A DNA stretch of 64,000 bases, taken from assembly GCA_965223005.1 (NCBI GenBank), contig CBDCVK010000002.1, positions 64,001-128,000 on the forward strand, written 5' to 3'. Origin of the DNA: Terriglobia bacterium. GTDB lineage: Bacteria; Acidobacteriota; Terriglobia; JAJPHL01; JAPKYU01. The notes beneath the pieces are model-generated. The model was not told the DNA's origin. It ran no database searches and worked only from the letters and a program-made list of their open reading frames with translations. Below, one piece after another: positions 1 to 9,720 of the stretch; positions within the stretch are counted from its first letter, which is position 1, and each line of letters begins with the position of its first letter. The position numbers were made by a program, and so were the translations under genes.

Positions 1-136
1 GAACGGATGGCTGCGAGCGCTGCATAGGGCGCACCAAAGGGTTAGCGACTAGCCTGAAGGGAGGCGCAGGTGGCGAGGGCAGCGGAAGCTTCTTGCGATC
101 TTCTCCGAATGGGCGGACCGGGCTGGAGGTGAAACG

Positions 137-340
137 ATGCAGGCGGTCGAAACGCAAAGGGAAACACCCAGTCTGGAGTTGACCGCGGATCAACTGCGCC
201 AGACAATCGAAGCACTACTCCGAATGGAGTCGGAGTTACCCACGGATGACCACCGATGGTGTGAGTTGCGCACGGTTCGGCAGGTCTTGAACCGCATGTT
301 GCTCATGGCCGAGGAAAAGGAGGGGAACGCTTGTTCATGA
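137..340 (+). CDS. small hypothetical protein
   Basis: 67-aa ORF with a GGAGGT Shine-Dalgarno 6 nt upstream; no recognisable domain. Confidence 0.6.
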   Translation: MQAVETQRETPSLELTADQLRQTIEALLRMESELPTDDHRWCELRTVRQVLNRMLLMAEEKEGNACS

Positions 341-380
341 AACTTTATTGATAGTAGCTACTCAGCGAAGGAGGCCCGCC

Positions 381-857
381 ATGATCGGCGAACGTCTGAG
401 ACACCACCTGGAGGAAAAGCATATTGCCTACACGCACCACGTGCACCGGACAACATACACGGCACAGGAAGTGGCAGCCGAGGAGCATGTACCCGGGCGC
501 ATGATGGCCAAAACCCTGATCGTGCACACCGGCGAAGGATTCGTGCTGGCGGTGCTGCCGGCTCCCTCACGGCTGGACCTGGGTGCGCTGCGAGCGGCGC
601 TGGGCAAGCCCCAGGCGCGGCTGGCTACCGAGGCCGAGTTCGCAGGTCTGTTTCCCGACTCGGAAATCGGCGCTATGCCGCCCTTCGGTAACCTCTACGG
701 CCTGCCGGTCTACGTGGATGAGGTGCTTGCCCGCGACGGGGAAATCTTTTTCAATGCCGGCACGCATCAAGACACGATCCTCCTCCGCTACCAGGACTTT
801 TCGCGTCTGGTGCAACCGAAGATGCTGGCGCTGGCGCTCGAACACGCCGGTTCCTGA
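381..857 (+). CDS. YbaK/EbsC family (aminoacyl-tRNA editing domain) protein
   Basis: AGGAGG before ATG at 381; motifs AKTL, LATEAE, GAMPPFG, FNAGTH. Confidence 0.9.
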   Translation: MIGERLRHHLEEKHIAYTHHVHRTTYTAQEVAAEEHVPGRMMAKTLIVHTGEGFVLAVLPAPSRLDLGALRAALGKPQARLATEAEFAGLFPDSEIGAMPPFGNLYGLPVYVDEVLARDGEIFFNAGTHQDTILLRYQDFSRLVQPKMLALALEHAGS

Positions 858-967
858 AGAGGTTCGGTGGTCCCACAGGATCAAGGTTGAGGACCCCCGT
901 GCAGTATCTTGAAAGCAGAATGCAAATGAAGGCCCTTTGACTAGCCAAACCGGCAAGGAGGCTCGCG

Positions 968-1400
968 ATGCTGCAGGGAAGGTTCGGATTCACAATTTCC
1001 GCACGGAAGTTGCTAGTCGGACTGCTTGTCACCGTCGTCCCTGTCAGTCTTGTCGCCTTATACACGGTTAATCGAGCTGCTGGAGACGCGGAGAGGAAGA
1101 TCGGTGGCCATTTCAAAACGATCGCCGCCTCGACCGCTGACGCAATCTCTGATTTCATCCACGGCACAGTAGTAGAGGTAACTTCGATGGCAGGGAATCC
1201 TGCCGTGCTCGACGTAGTGGGAGCCGCCAATCGGTCCTACCAGGAGATGAGCGATTCTGCAATCATCGCGAGAATGCAGAGGGGAGATGCGATCTGGAAC
1301 AAGGACGAGGGTGAGCCTCTGGTGGACCGAGTTCTGTCTAACCGGGCTTCGCGTGAGCTTCGCCGTTATCTTCAACGCGACCCCAAATGTTTGCGGATTA
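968..1400 (+). pseudogene. N-terminal fragment of a membrane sensor protein (TM helix plus Cache-like periplasmic domain), truncated by IS3
   Basis: AAGGAGG RBS; TM segment KLLVGLLVTVVPVSLVALY; the frame runs into the IS3 left end at 1401 and no continuation follows the IS. Confidence 0.7.
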
Positions 1401-1457
1401 TGCCCTGGACTGGGTAATTTAGACACTGAGGTTGGGAATTAACTACCCTGGTGTCAT

Positions 1458-1718
1458 ATGAACAAAAAACATCATCGTATTGCAGCCGACGTAAAAGCCG
1501 ATATCCTACGCCGCGTCAAGGAAGAAGGCATCTCGGTGGCCCAGGCCGCCAAGGATCACGGTATTTCTGAAGGGAGCATCTATGGTTGGATGGTAAAAGG
1601 AGCAACCGGTGCCCCGTCCTGGGCGGAGTTCTCCCGACTTCAGAAGCAGAACAGAGAACTCCTGGAACTCGTGGGCGAGATCACGCTCAAGCTCTCCATG
1701 ACTCAAAAAAACAATTGA
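1458..1718 (+). CDS. IS3 transposase OrfA (HTH)
   Basis: HTH SVAQAAKDHGISEGSIYGW followed by a zipper-like helix; A7 slippery run at 1705-1711. Confidence 0.88.
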   Translation: MNKKHHRIAADVKADILRRVKEEGISVAQAAKDHGISEGSIYGWMVKGATGAPSWAEFSRLQKQNRELLELVGEITLKLSMTQKNN

Positions 1719-2503
1719 GCGAAGGAAGAAACAAATCAGCGCTTGCCCGAGCCCTTGGCATATCCCGCGCGAGCCTGTATTACGTCCCAAGAATGAAGGA
1801 GAAGGACTGGCGCCTCAAGGTCCGCCTGGAAGAAGAGCTGCAGATCCATCCCTCCTACGGCTCCCGGCGAATTGCTACGGCACTGGGACTCTGCCGCCAG
1901 CGGGCGCAGAGGGTCATGCGTCTGTTTGGCATCAAGCCCTACCGCAGGAGAGGCAGAAAATGGAGAAAATCCAAGGTTTCCCGGACCTATCCCAACCTCC
2001 TGCTCGCGGTCATGCCCGCATATGCAAACCACATCTGGGCAGCGGACTTCACCGAGTTCGTGCAGCACGGAAAGAAGGTCTATGTGGCGACCGTGATCGA
2101 TCTCTACACCCGCCGGATCCTGGGAATCCAGGTTACGGTGAGAAAGGGAGCCGCGCTCACCATTCAGGCGCTTTCCAACGCCCTGCTCCATCATCCGCGC
2201 CCGGGTCTATTCCACTCCGACAACGGGAGGGAGTATGACGCGATGGCGTTCACTGAAATCCTTGATGGATGCGGCATCGTGATTTCACGGAGCCGCCCGG
2301 GGTGCCCTTGGGAGAACGGATACCAGGAATCGTTCTACGATAAATTCAAGGTTGACCTGGGAGATCCGAACCGCTTCAAAACACTGGGGGAGCTAGTGGC
2401 GGAGATCTACCGCACCCTGTGGGACTACAACAACACGCGGATTCACTCCGCGCTCAACATGCCGCCTGTGGTATTCGCCAAACGGTATGCGTTAGTCGCG
2501 TAA
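1705..2503 (+). CDS. IS3 transposase OrfB (rve/DDE), reached by -1 frameshift
   Basis: WAADFT, FHSDNG and PWENGYQESF motifs, YNNTRIHSAL; frame is -1 relative to orfA. Confidence 0.9.
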
Positions 2504-2545
2504 AAAACTCTCAGAATCAGTGTCTAAAGAAATCAGTCCTTGACA

Positions 2546-2700
2546 AGATGCTCTTGTGGCCCTCAGTTCCTGCACGGTCCGCAGATCGACTCCCGCCATG
2601 ACAAGCCCGCTGGCAAAGGTGTGAGGAAAGCAGTGCCAGGTGAAGTTGAGAACGTTCGCCTGCTGGTAGGCCTCCGGGAACCACGTGGCGGGCGGCTTCA
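2546..2700 (-). pseudogene. tyrosine recombinase/integrase C-terminal remnant
   Basis: FTWHCFPHTFASGLVMAGVDLRTVQEL, then a frameshift to GHKSI; catalytic HxxR has become HCFP; cut by the IS3 right end. Confidence 0.8.
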
Positions 2701-2867
2701 GTGGAAACATGGACTCGGACTCGCTCCACATCCGTTTAGCGACAGTACTAGTCCGACGGTCTCCCGTAGGAATTTCGTACTGCGTCAAAAATGTGGCTTC
2801 CGGTCTATTGAGGTCCTGCTATCGGTTCCCTACAATGCCACCATCCTTTGGATCGAGGTGCGCGCAC

Positions 2868-3215
2868 ATGGTGAAGCCGTTTAGGCTGGTAGGCGACCAA
2901 GCGCAACTATCCGTTGCCCAGGACAAGATTGACCAACTACAAGCTGAGCTCAGTCGCCTGCCCGAGGTCCGGCAGGATCGCGTGCAAGCCTTGCAGCGGG
3001 CTCTGAAAGAAGGCCGCTACCGAGTGACTAACGAACAGATCGCCGAGGCGGTCTTTTCTGAATTTCTGGGGGTTCCGTTTCTTGAGCCAAGAAAACGGCC
3101 CAAACTTCTCCAGCAAAGATTCCGGAAGAGAACAGAGGAAGGTGCGAGAGCAGACGTCTTGCGCATGAAGCTCATTGGAGCCAACCCCATGCCCACCTTC
3201 GCCTACGAGCCCTAA
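2868..3215 (+). pseudogene. flgM: FlgM anti-sigma-28 C-terminal fragment with an unrelated tail
   Basis: DQAQLS...LPEVRQDRVQALQRALKEGRYRVTNEQIAEAVF matches the FlgM C-terminal pattern; normal N-terminus and RBS are absent. Confidence 0.65.
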
Positions 3216-3317
3216 AAGTGCCCCTGCCGCTCTTTGACCGCTCAGGGTCAATTCGGGAAGGGGCGTAGGTGCCCCCTAGGATAACCTACAGCCCGCATCA
3301 GCTTGCCCGTGCTCACG

Positions 3318-3394
3318 CTGGCCTCCAACACGTTGAAGACTGGCTTCCCGTAGGGCCCGGTGCTTTCCATGACCACGTCGGTGCAGCCACGGCT
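3318..3394 (-). pseudogene. IS110-family transposase N-terminal remnant
   Basis: Minus strand reads RGCTDVVMESTGPYGKPVFNVLEA, matching the IS110 consensus G(C/V)THVAMESTGVYWKPVFNILE. Confidence 0.75.
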
Positions 3395-4534
3395 TCAGCC
3401 CCCGGCTTGTCTGGGCTCAGCCACAAGTGGGACCGCAGTACGACTGGCCGGATCAGGGGCGGGAGGCGGGCAGTCCCGCTGCTCGACGCGTGCGCGAAGG
3501 TCTTTCCATCTCTCTTTCGGAACCTGGCAGAAAATTTCGGCGATCCGAGGGTCGAATTGTGTGCCGATGCACCGGCGAACCTCGCTCAGAACGGCGGCGA
3601 ACCCCGGCGCCTTGCGGTAATGGCGGTCCGAGGTCATCGCGTCCAGGGTGTCGGCAAATGCAAAGATGCGGGCTCCCAGGGGAATCTGTTCCCCCGCTAG
3701 TCCATCCGGGTATCCGGTGCCGTCAAAACGTTCATGGTGGTGACGGACGATGATCGCGGCCGACCTTAGAAACGAGACGCGGTTCAGAATCTGCTCGCCG
3801 GCCCCCGAATGTTTTCGCATTTCCACCCATTCTTCCTCAGTGAGTTTCGCTGGCTTCAGCAGGATGGCGTCCGACACTGCAGTCTTGCCGATGTCGTGTA
3901 ACAGGGCGGCGTGCTCCAGTTGAGGGAGCAGGGCCGGGGGGTAACCTAACAGGCGGGCCAAGTGTGTGGTGTAGGCACGGACGCGAGAGGAATGGGCATA
4001 GGTTTCGTGCTCGCGGGCGTCGAGCGCAGCTACCAATGCTTCCAGCGTGGCTTGGAAGTTTACTTCGACGAAGCGCAGAGCTGCTTCCAGATCGCGAGTG
4101 CGACGCTGTATGCTGGCTTCAAGTGAGCCTCGGTAGGCGCAGGCTTCGCGCTGAAGGAGCAGCCGCCGGTAGCTGCGCGTGACCGCCTCGGTCAGGGCCT
4201 GTAAGGTGAAGGGTTTCATCAAGAAATCCGCAGCTTGCAAACGCAGGGCTGCGATCACCTGTTCCACCTCCGCTCGTCCGGTCATCAGAATGAAGGTCAC
4301 ATCCCACTGCGACTGGTGGGCCATTGCCAGCAGGTCCAGGCCGGTCGCGCCGGGCAGATGCAGGTCGGAAACCACGATACCAAAATCGCCGCTCTCGATC
4401 GTTTCCAGTGCGCCCACCGCGTCCGCCGTCTGGGATACCCGGGCTGCCAAGGGCTCCAAGCTCTCCACTACGAAGGCGCGCACCGATGGTTGGTCTTCGA
4501 CCACAAGGATCTTCGGAAGCGTGTTCGCAAACAT
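3395..4534 (-). CDS. response regulator with HD-GYP c-di-GMP phosphodiesterase domain
   Basis: REC domain (ILVVED, SDLHLPG, FLMKP) plus HDIGK and HHERFDGTGYP; alternative start at 4630. Confidence 0.92.
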   Translation of the reverse strand: MFANTLPKILVVEDQPSVRAFVVESLEPLAARVSQTADAVGALETIESGDFGIVVSDLHLPGATGLDLLAMAHQSQWDVTFILMTGRAEVEQVIAALRLQAADFLMKPFTLQALTEAVTRSYRRLLLQREACAYRGSLEASIQRRTRDLEAALRFVEVNFQATLEALVAALDAREHETYAHSSRVRAYTTHLARLLGYPPALLPQLEHAALLHDIGKTAVSDAILLKPAKLTEEEWVEMRKHSGAGEQILNRVSFLRSAAIIVRHHHERFDGTGYPDGLAGEQIPLGARIFAFADTLDAMTSDRHYRKAPGFAAVLSEVRRCIGTQFDPRIAEIFCQVPKERWKDLRARVEQRDCPPPAPDPASRTAVPLVAEPRQAGG

Positions 4535-4678
4535 TCGGCTCCTGACGACGAGTTTGTTGGTAGCCGAGGAAATACCCTGCGGTAGCAGCGTACCGTTCCT
4601 CGCCGGGAAAGAATCCTCCTCCGCCTGCACATCGGCCTGGTCTTCGCTTTCTTTACCCGCTTTCCCGGATGTGTCCTT

Positions 4679-4780
4679 TCATCTGACCAGATCCAAACCT
4701 TTAACCCGTTCTTCCACTCGGCTGTACGCGGTCAGAACCAGCACCGGAAGAGTGGTCTTCTTGGCGCGAACATGCTTTAA
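4679..4780 (-). pseudogene. OmpR-type receiver domain remnant
   Basis: LKHVRAKKTTLPVLVLTAYSRVEERVKGLDL; both ends missing. Confidence 0.65.
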
Positions 4781-4929
4781 CTTGACAATATCTCTAGACG
4801 ATACTTTCACCCACCTCAGATGCCCCCACACACCACTTCGCCTCCATCCGCCACCGTTCGCCATACCGTCCAACTGTGGACGATGAGAGCGCGAGTGGAT
4901 GACGGGTGAAAGGACGGTGGTGTTCGCGG

Positions 4930-6630
4930 TCATATCCCCTTCACTGGCTGCAGCAGCGCCGCAATCAACCTCCCTGCCGCCTCGCCATTGAGCGGCTTGG
5001 AGAAGAGATATCCCTGCCCATATTTACATCCCAGTGCCCTGAGCTGTGCCAGTTGCTCCGCTGTTTCTATCCCTTCCGCGACTACATCCATGCCTAGATC
5101 ACGGGCGAGTGTTATGATGGTCCGGACCACCTCTGGCTTTTCGACACCCGAGCGCGACCCGCTGACGAAGGAACGATCAATCTTTATCACATCGATCGGA
5201 AGCCGGTGCAGATAACTCAAGGATGAATAGCCCGTACCAAAATCATCCATGGACGACTGAATCCCCAAGGCCTTCAGTTGTCGAAGCGTGGTGATCACGG
5301 ATTCGATATCTTCCATGATCATACTTTCCGTGATCTCCAGCTTCAAACTTCGCCCGTCCAGGGAGAACTCTTGCAGAATTTGGGTGATCTGGTCAACGAG
5401 GTCGCGTTGCGAAAGTTGTTTGCCGGAAAGATTGACGTTCACAGGCACGTCGGCGCCAAATTGGGCCTGCCAGGCACGCACCTGACGGCACGCCTCCTCG
5501 AGTACCCAGCGGCCGATGGGAATGATCAATCGGGTTTCTTCTGCAAGCGGGATGAACTCTGCCGGTGGGACAAGACCACCCTCCGGATGCTCCCAACGCA
5601 GAAGAGCCTCCAGTCCGAGCACTTCAACGGTTTCTAGCAAGACAATGGGCTGGTAGTGAAGCCGGAACTCCTTCTGTTCGAGGGCGCGTCGCAGGTCGTG
5701 GTCCATCTGTAAAAGGGTTACCGCACGCTTGTGCATAGCCGTGTCAAACATCGAGTAACAGGCTTTGCCAAGCGCCTTGGCGCGATACATAGCCGTGTCC
5801 GCGTCGCGCAGGAGCTCCTCCGGTTGGTCATAACCTGTGGAACTCAGGGCGATTCCGATGCTCGACGTGGTAAAGACCTCATGCCCGTCAACCTGGAAAG
5901 AGCTCCTCAGCTCCTTGTGGATACGCTCGGCAACGCGGGTGGCATCGGTCTCGTCTTTGATGTCCTCGAGGAACATTGTGAACTCGTCTCCCCCCAGACG
6001 GGCAACCGTATCCTCTTGGGAGCGCAGGCACTTCTCCAGCCTTCGAGCCACCGCCATAAGCAATTCATCTCCGACATTGTGCCCCAGGCTGTCGTTGACC
6101 AGCTTGAAGCGATCCAGGTCCAGAAAGAGCACGGCGAAAAGGTAATCCGGATGTCGACTCCGGCGCTTCAGCGCACGCCCGAGGCGGTCGAGTAACAAAG
6201 CGCGATTGGCAAGGCCCGTCAGCGAGTCGGAGAACGCCCTTTGAACTAATTGCTCCTCGGCCCGTTTCCGCTCGGTGATTTCCACCTTCAGCTGTTCTCC
6301 CAAGTCGCGCAGTTGCCCGATCCCTGCGCCAATTAACACTGCCATGACCTGCCCAGGCCCGCTTCCTTGCCGGAATACCGCGTCCCAGCCTTCCAGCCCG
6401 ACAAGGTTGAATAGAAGCGTGTTCAGCGGGAGGGTGAGAAAAGCGACAATCAAGCCGCCCCGTAATCCCCAGAGCCATGCCAGTGCAATCACTGGGGCTG
6501 TGGCCAGCGCGGCCGTCCCTGGACCATTCAGTTGGTACAATGGGAAAAACGCGAGCACATAGGCACTCACAGCAGTTAGGCTGAAGAGCACCCGCCGGAG
6601 CCGAGATTGGGGGTCGAAGAACACGGTCAT
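4930..6630 (-). CDS. membrane-anchored GGDEF-EAL diguanylate cyclase/phosphodiesterase
   Basis: N-terminal TM helices; ARLGGDEF; EALLRW and DDFGTGYSS intact; start uncertain (6630, 6654 or 6771). Confidence 0.92.
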   Translation of the reverse strand: MTVFFDPQSRLRRVLFSLTAVSAYVLAFFPLYQLNGPGTAALATAPVIALAWLWGLRGGLIVAFLTLPLNTLLFNLVGLEGWDAVFRQGSGPGQVMAVLIGAGIGQLRDLGEQLKVEITERKRAEEQLVQRAFSDSLTGLANRALLLDRLGRALKRRSRHPDYLFAVLFLDLDRFKLVNDSLGHNVGDELLMAVARRLEKCLRSQEDTVARLGGDEFTMFLEDIKDETDATRVAERIHKELRSSFQVDGHEVFTTSSIGIALSSTGYDQPEELLRDADTAMYRAKALGKACYSMFDTAMHKRAVTLLQMDHDLRRALEQKEFRLHYQPIVLLETVEVLGLEALLRWEHPEGGLVPPAEFIPLAEETRLIIPIGRWVLEEACRQVRAWQAQFGADVPVNVNLSGKQLSQRDLVDQITQILQEFSLDGRSLKLEITESMIMEDIESVITTLRQLKALGIQSSMDDFGTGYSSLSYLHRLPIDVIKIDRSFVSGSRSGVEKPEVVRTIITLARDLGMDVVAEGIETAEQLAQLRALGCKYGQGYLFSKPLNGEAAGRLIAALLQPVKGI

Positions 6631-6896
6631 CTCCCCGCAATGCATCGGGAGCATGGGCGCCGACCCACGCTTCCAAGACCCGCTGTGCCACTTCGCATGT
6701 TCAGCAGGCCAAGCCCCCGGCAGTTGGAGGTTGGGTAAAAAGGTTTGGACCGGAAGTATCGCTCTCGCCATTCCGGGGGCACATTCATGAAACCGACATT
6801 GACTGCGGTATCGGGCGAGAACATCTTGACTTCCTTATCCTGACCGAGCAGCCTGGCAGCTTGATTGGAGGCGTGCCCATACGCAACAGAGTAGGC

Positions 6897-7037
6897 TCAC
6901 CACCCCCAAAGCCACCAATCGCGCCTTTCGAGTTGGCGCAACTTGGCATAAATCTCCTTCGTGCCAGGTACGGTTTCCTGTCTGCCGGACTGTGGGACCA
7001 CTTTGCTTATCTGCTCCTGCTGCTGACTCCCGCCCAT
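6897..7037 (-). pseudogene. N-terminal fragment of a probable membrane signalling protein
   Basis: LRQLERRDWWLWG resembles the start of acidobacterial membrane GGDEF proteins; stops immediately afterwards. Confidence 0.35.
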
Positions 7038-7359
7038 TTTCCCTTCCGCCCCGACTTGGTTCCTAGCAGGTGAGAATCCTTTTGCCAGCGGCTTGGCAAT
7101 CAAACGGATACCGAAGTTGACGGCCCCAGAGGGCGGTCTGATTTAGGAATGGTTTCCCGATTTGGTAGGCCCGTTCGGCCAAGGCGAAGCTGGGTGCGGA
7201 CGACTACCTGACGAAACCCTTCTCGTTTTCCGAACTCTCGGCCCGGGTGCGGGCTCTGTTCCGGCGGTCCGGCCGCCCGGCAGAATCCCTACTGCGAAGG
7301 CTTCAGCTACCAGCATGCCCAGCGGCCGAGCCGAATGAGGATTCGGGTCCGACTGTTGC

Positions 7360-7560
7360 TGAGAGTAGCCCACGCAGATTCGGGGCATCGGTCGCCAGCT
7401 GTATCACTTCGACCTGTCGGATACCACCACCAATCGGGAGCGCTATCTCATCCTGGGCAGCTACTATTGGGAGGTATTTGGGTGACAACGAAAAGGCGCC
7501 GCCGCGGGCCTGAGCGCCGCTTGAGCGCGGAGAACAGAACTTCGATCTTGCCGTGCTGTT
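7360..7560 (-). pseudogene. possible degenerate IS1182/IS5-type transposase C-terminal remnant
   Basis: [18 protein letters not shown] and [12 protein letters not shown] in different frames resemble KIExLFxxLK...LAAxAxNLR. Confidence 0.35.
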
Positions 7561-7628
7561 CCTCTACGCCGGCCTGCGTGTCGAGGTCTCGACTCACACT
7601 TTCTAGAGTGGGTGTGAGGCCGCTTGGT

Positions 7629-9638
7629 TCACTCACCCGCCAGATTGAAGACGTAGAGCATGGCACCCGGCCGGACGTCGCGGAGCCACGGTGTTGAGTC
7701 CATAAACCAGAGAGGCCAGGCGCCTCCCGTGCCCGCCAAGATTGCGACTTGCTGTCGCCCATCCACGGCGAAGCTGACAGGTGGGGCGTTGATGCCAGTT
7801 CCCGTCTGAAAGTGCCAGAGTTCGTCGCCTGTGGAACTGTCGTAGGCCGATAAACGCCCCCTAGGATCGCCTGTGAAAACGAGCCCCCCAGCAGTGGCAA
7901 GCGTGCCTCCGAGAAGTGGAGATGAAGTGCGCGTCTTCCACCGAATTTCACCCCTCGCTACATCGAATGCCGTCAGACTTCCAGTGATCTCGTTCTGGGT
8001 GTTGTCCAATCCTCCTCCCACAAAGAGCTCAGCAGGCTTGTAGTCCTGCGGCTTATGAACAAGCACGTTACAGCTTTCGATGACGGGGATGAAGGCGAGC
8101 CTTTCTTTCGGACTGTAGGACATTGGAGGCCAGTTTTTCCCGCCCATATTCCCAGGGCAGGTGAGCGCTCTCGGGTTGTCCCGGCTTGGGACCGTTTTCG
8201 GATTCCGGTCGACGGGTCGCCCCGTCTTAGGATCCAGGCCCGAGGTCCAGGTGAGTTTGTCTACAAACTGGACGGCGTAGATAAACTGCCCGGTGATTCG
8301 ATCGAGGGCGTAGAAGAATCCGTTTCGGTCGGCGTGAATCAGGGCGCGACGTTTTTGGCCGCGGATCTCAACGTCCAGCAAAATGCTCTCGTTATTGCCG
8401 TCATAGTCCCAGGCGTCTGCCGGTGTGTACTGGTAGTGCCACTTGATCTTTCCGGTCTCAGGGTTAAGGGCTAAAACCGAGCTTGTGTACAAATTGTCGC
8501 CTGCCCGGTAGGAGGGATCCCAATCCGGACCTGGGTTACCCACTCCCCAGTAAAGAGTCTCAAGCTCACGATCGTAGGATCCAGTGATCCAGGTTGGCCC
8601 TCCCCCTGTCTTCCATGAGTCCCCGGCCCAGGTTTCATGCCCGGGCTCTCCCGGGCCCGGGATCGTATAAACTTTCCACACTAGATCGCCAGTTTTTAGG
8701 TCGAGGGCCGCAATCCAGCCGCGGATCCCATACTCGCCCCCAGCCACGCCGGTGAAAACCTTTCCTTTGGCGACTAAGGGAGCCGCCGTAGAGGATTCCC
8801 CTTTCTCCGGACGGGCGAGACGTGTTTCCCACACCTTCTTTCCCGTTTGCTTGTCGATCGCGATCGTCCGACCGTCGAGCGTGTTCTCGACAATTGTTTC
8901 CTCTGCGATAGCCACTCCACGGTTGTTAATACCGCAGCAGACTACGCGCACCACGTCCCGGGGAACCTTGGGATCAAACCGCCACACGAGCCTGCCCTCG
9001 TTTCGAAGGTCCAGTTTGAAGACTTCCCCCCAACCAGAAGTAACATACATAAAACCGTCTTCGATCGCCGGCGTCCCTTCCAGACCGCCTTGCACACCAA
9101 GCGAGAAAGCCCACGCTGCGCGAAGCTTCTGGATATTCTCACGGTTGATCTGATCGAGTGGCACATAGCGATGGGCCGACAAGGTGCGATGGTGGTGGGT
9201 CCACTCCGCCGCTTCATCGGTCCCCCCTCGCGAAGTGCTGATGACCAAAAATACGAAATCGACCACGCTTTTGATTTCTAGATCGTCGAGGCGACCCTTC
9301 CAGCCGAGCATCGTTGTCTCAGGGATTCCGTCGCTCACCACCGAGATCAGGTCATTGCGTGAGAGGGTCGTCTCTCGTAAGCCCGATACAGAGCCGCTTC
9401 CCTCACCATTCCTTCCATGACAGCGCGCGCAGTGCTCACGATAAATCTGGGCCCCAGAACTAGACGGCGAAGTCCCAGATGCAAAGGCGGGCAGACCTCC
9501 TGCAACCACCACGAAAAACCAACACCCGGCTAGACCGGCTGTCAACCCAAGCAAGCGGCCAATTGCGGTTCTTACACGGCTGACCAATTGTTCGGTTGGC
9601 ATCTTCTGCAGATGGATTATACAGGATAGGTCTTCCAA
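7629..9638 (-). CDS. PQQ-dependent alcohol dehydrogenase (lanthanide-type motif) with N-terminal cytochrome c
   Basis: Signal peptide; CARCH heme motif; vicinal CC (VVCCGINNRG); GGEYG, GNPGP, WDYDGNNE; PQQ propeller repeats; start may be 9602. Confidence 0.9.
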   Translation of the reverse strand: MEDLSCIIHLQKMPTEQLVSRVRTAIGRLLGLTAGLAGCWFFVVVAGGLPAFASGTSPSSSGAQIYREHCARCHGRNGEGSGSVSGLRETTLSRNDLISVVSDGIPETTMLGWKGRLDDLEIKSVVDFVFLVISTSRGGTDEAAEWTHHHRTLSAHRYVPLDQINRENIQKLRAAWAFSLGVQGGLEGTPAIEDGFMYVTSGWGEVFKLDLRNEGRLVWRFDPKVPRDVVRVVCCGINNRGVAIAEETIVENTLDGRTIAIDKQTGKKVWETRLARPEKGESSTAAPLVAKGKVFTGVAGGEYGIRGWIAALDLKTGDLVWKVYTIPGPGEPGHETWAGDSWKTGGGPTWITGSYDRELETLYWGVGNPGPDWDPSYRAGDNLYTSSVLALNPETGKIKWHYQYTPADAWDYDGNNESILLDVEIRGQKRRALIHADRNGFFYALDRITGQFIYAVQFVDKLTWTSGLDPKTGRPVDRNPKTVPSRDNPRALTCPGNMGGKNWPPMSYSPKERLAFIPVIESCNVLVHKPQDYKPAELFVGGGLDNTQNEITGSLTAFDVARGEIRWKTRTSSPLLGGTLATAGGLVFTGDPRGRLSAYDSSTGDELWHFQTGTGINAPPVSFAVDGRQQVAILAGTGGAWPLWFMDSTPWLRDVRPGAMLYVFNLAGE

Positions 9639-9720
9639 GAGTTGTTATACGATTCTGACCAGGTGCGATCTATGCGGGATGTGCGGCCAGACATTTTCAT
9701 AGCTATCGTGAGGAGGGTTC

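Larger units (their letters stand above)
1401..2545 (+). mobile_element. IS3-family insertion sequence (1145 bp)
   Basis: TG...CA ends; imperfect ~29-bp IRs (TGCCCTGGACTGGGTAATTTAGACACTGA vs reverse complement of right end TGTCAAGGACTGATTTCTTTAGACACTGA); orfA/orfB layout; no target duplication. Confidence 0.9.

Noticed and set aside
3318-3394. Functional IS110 bridge-RNA system
   Set aside because: Only about 25 codons of transposase remain and no element ends are identifiable
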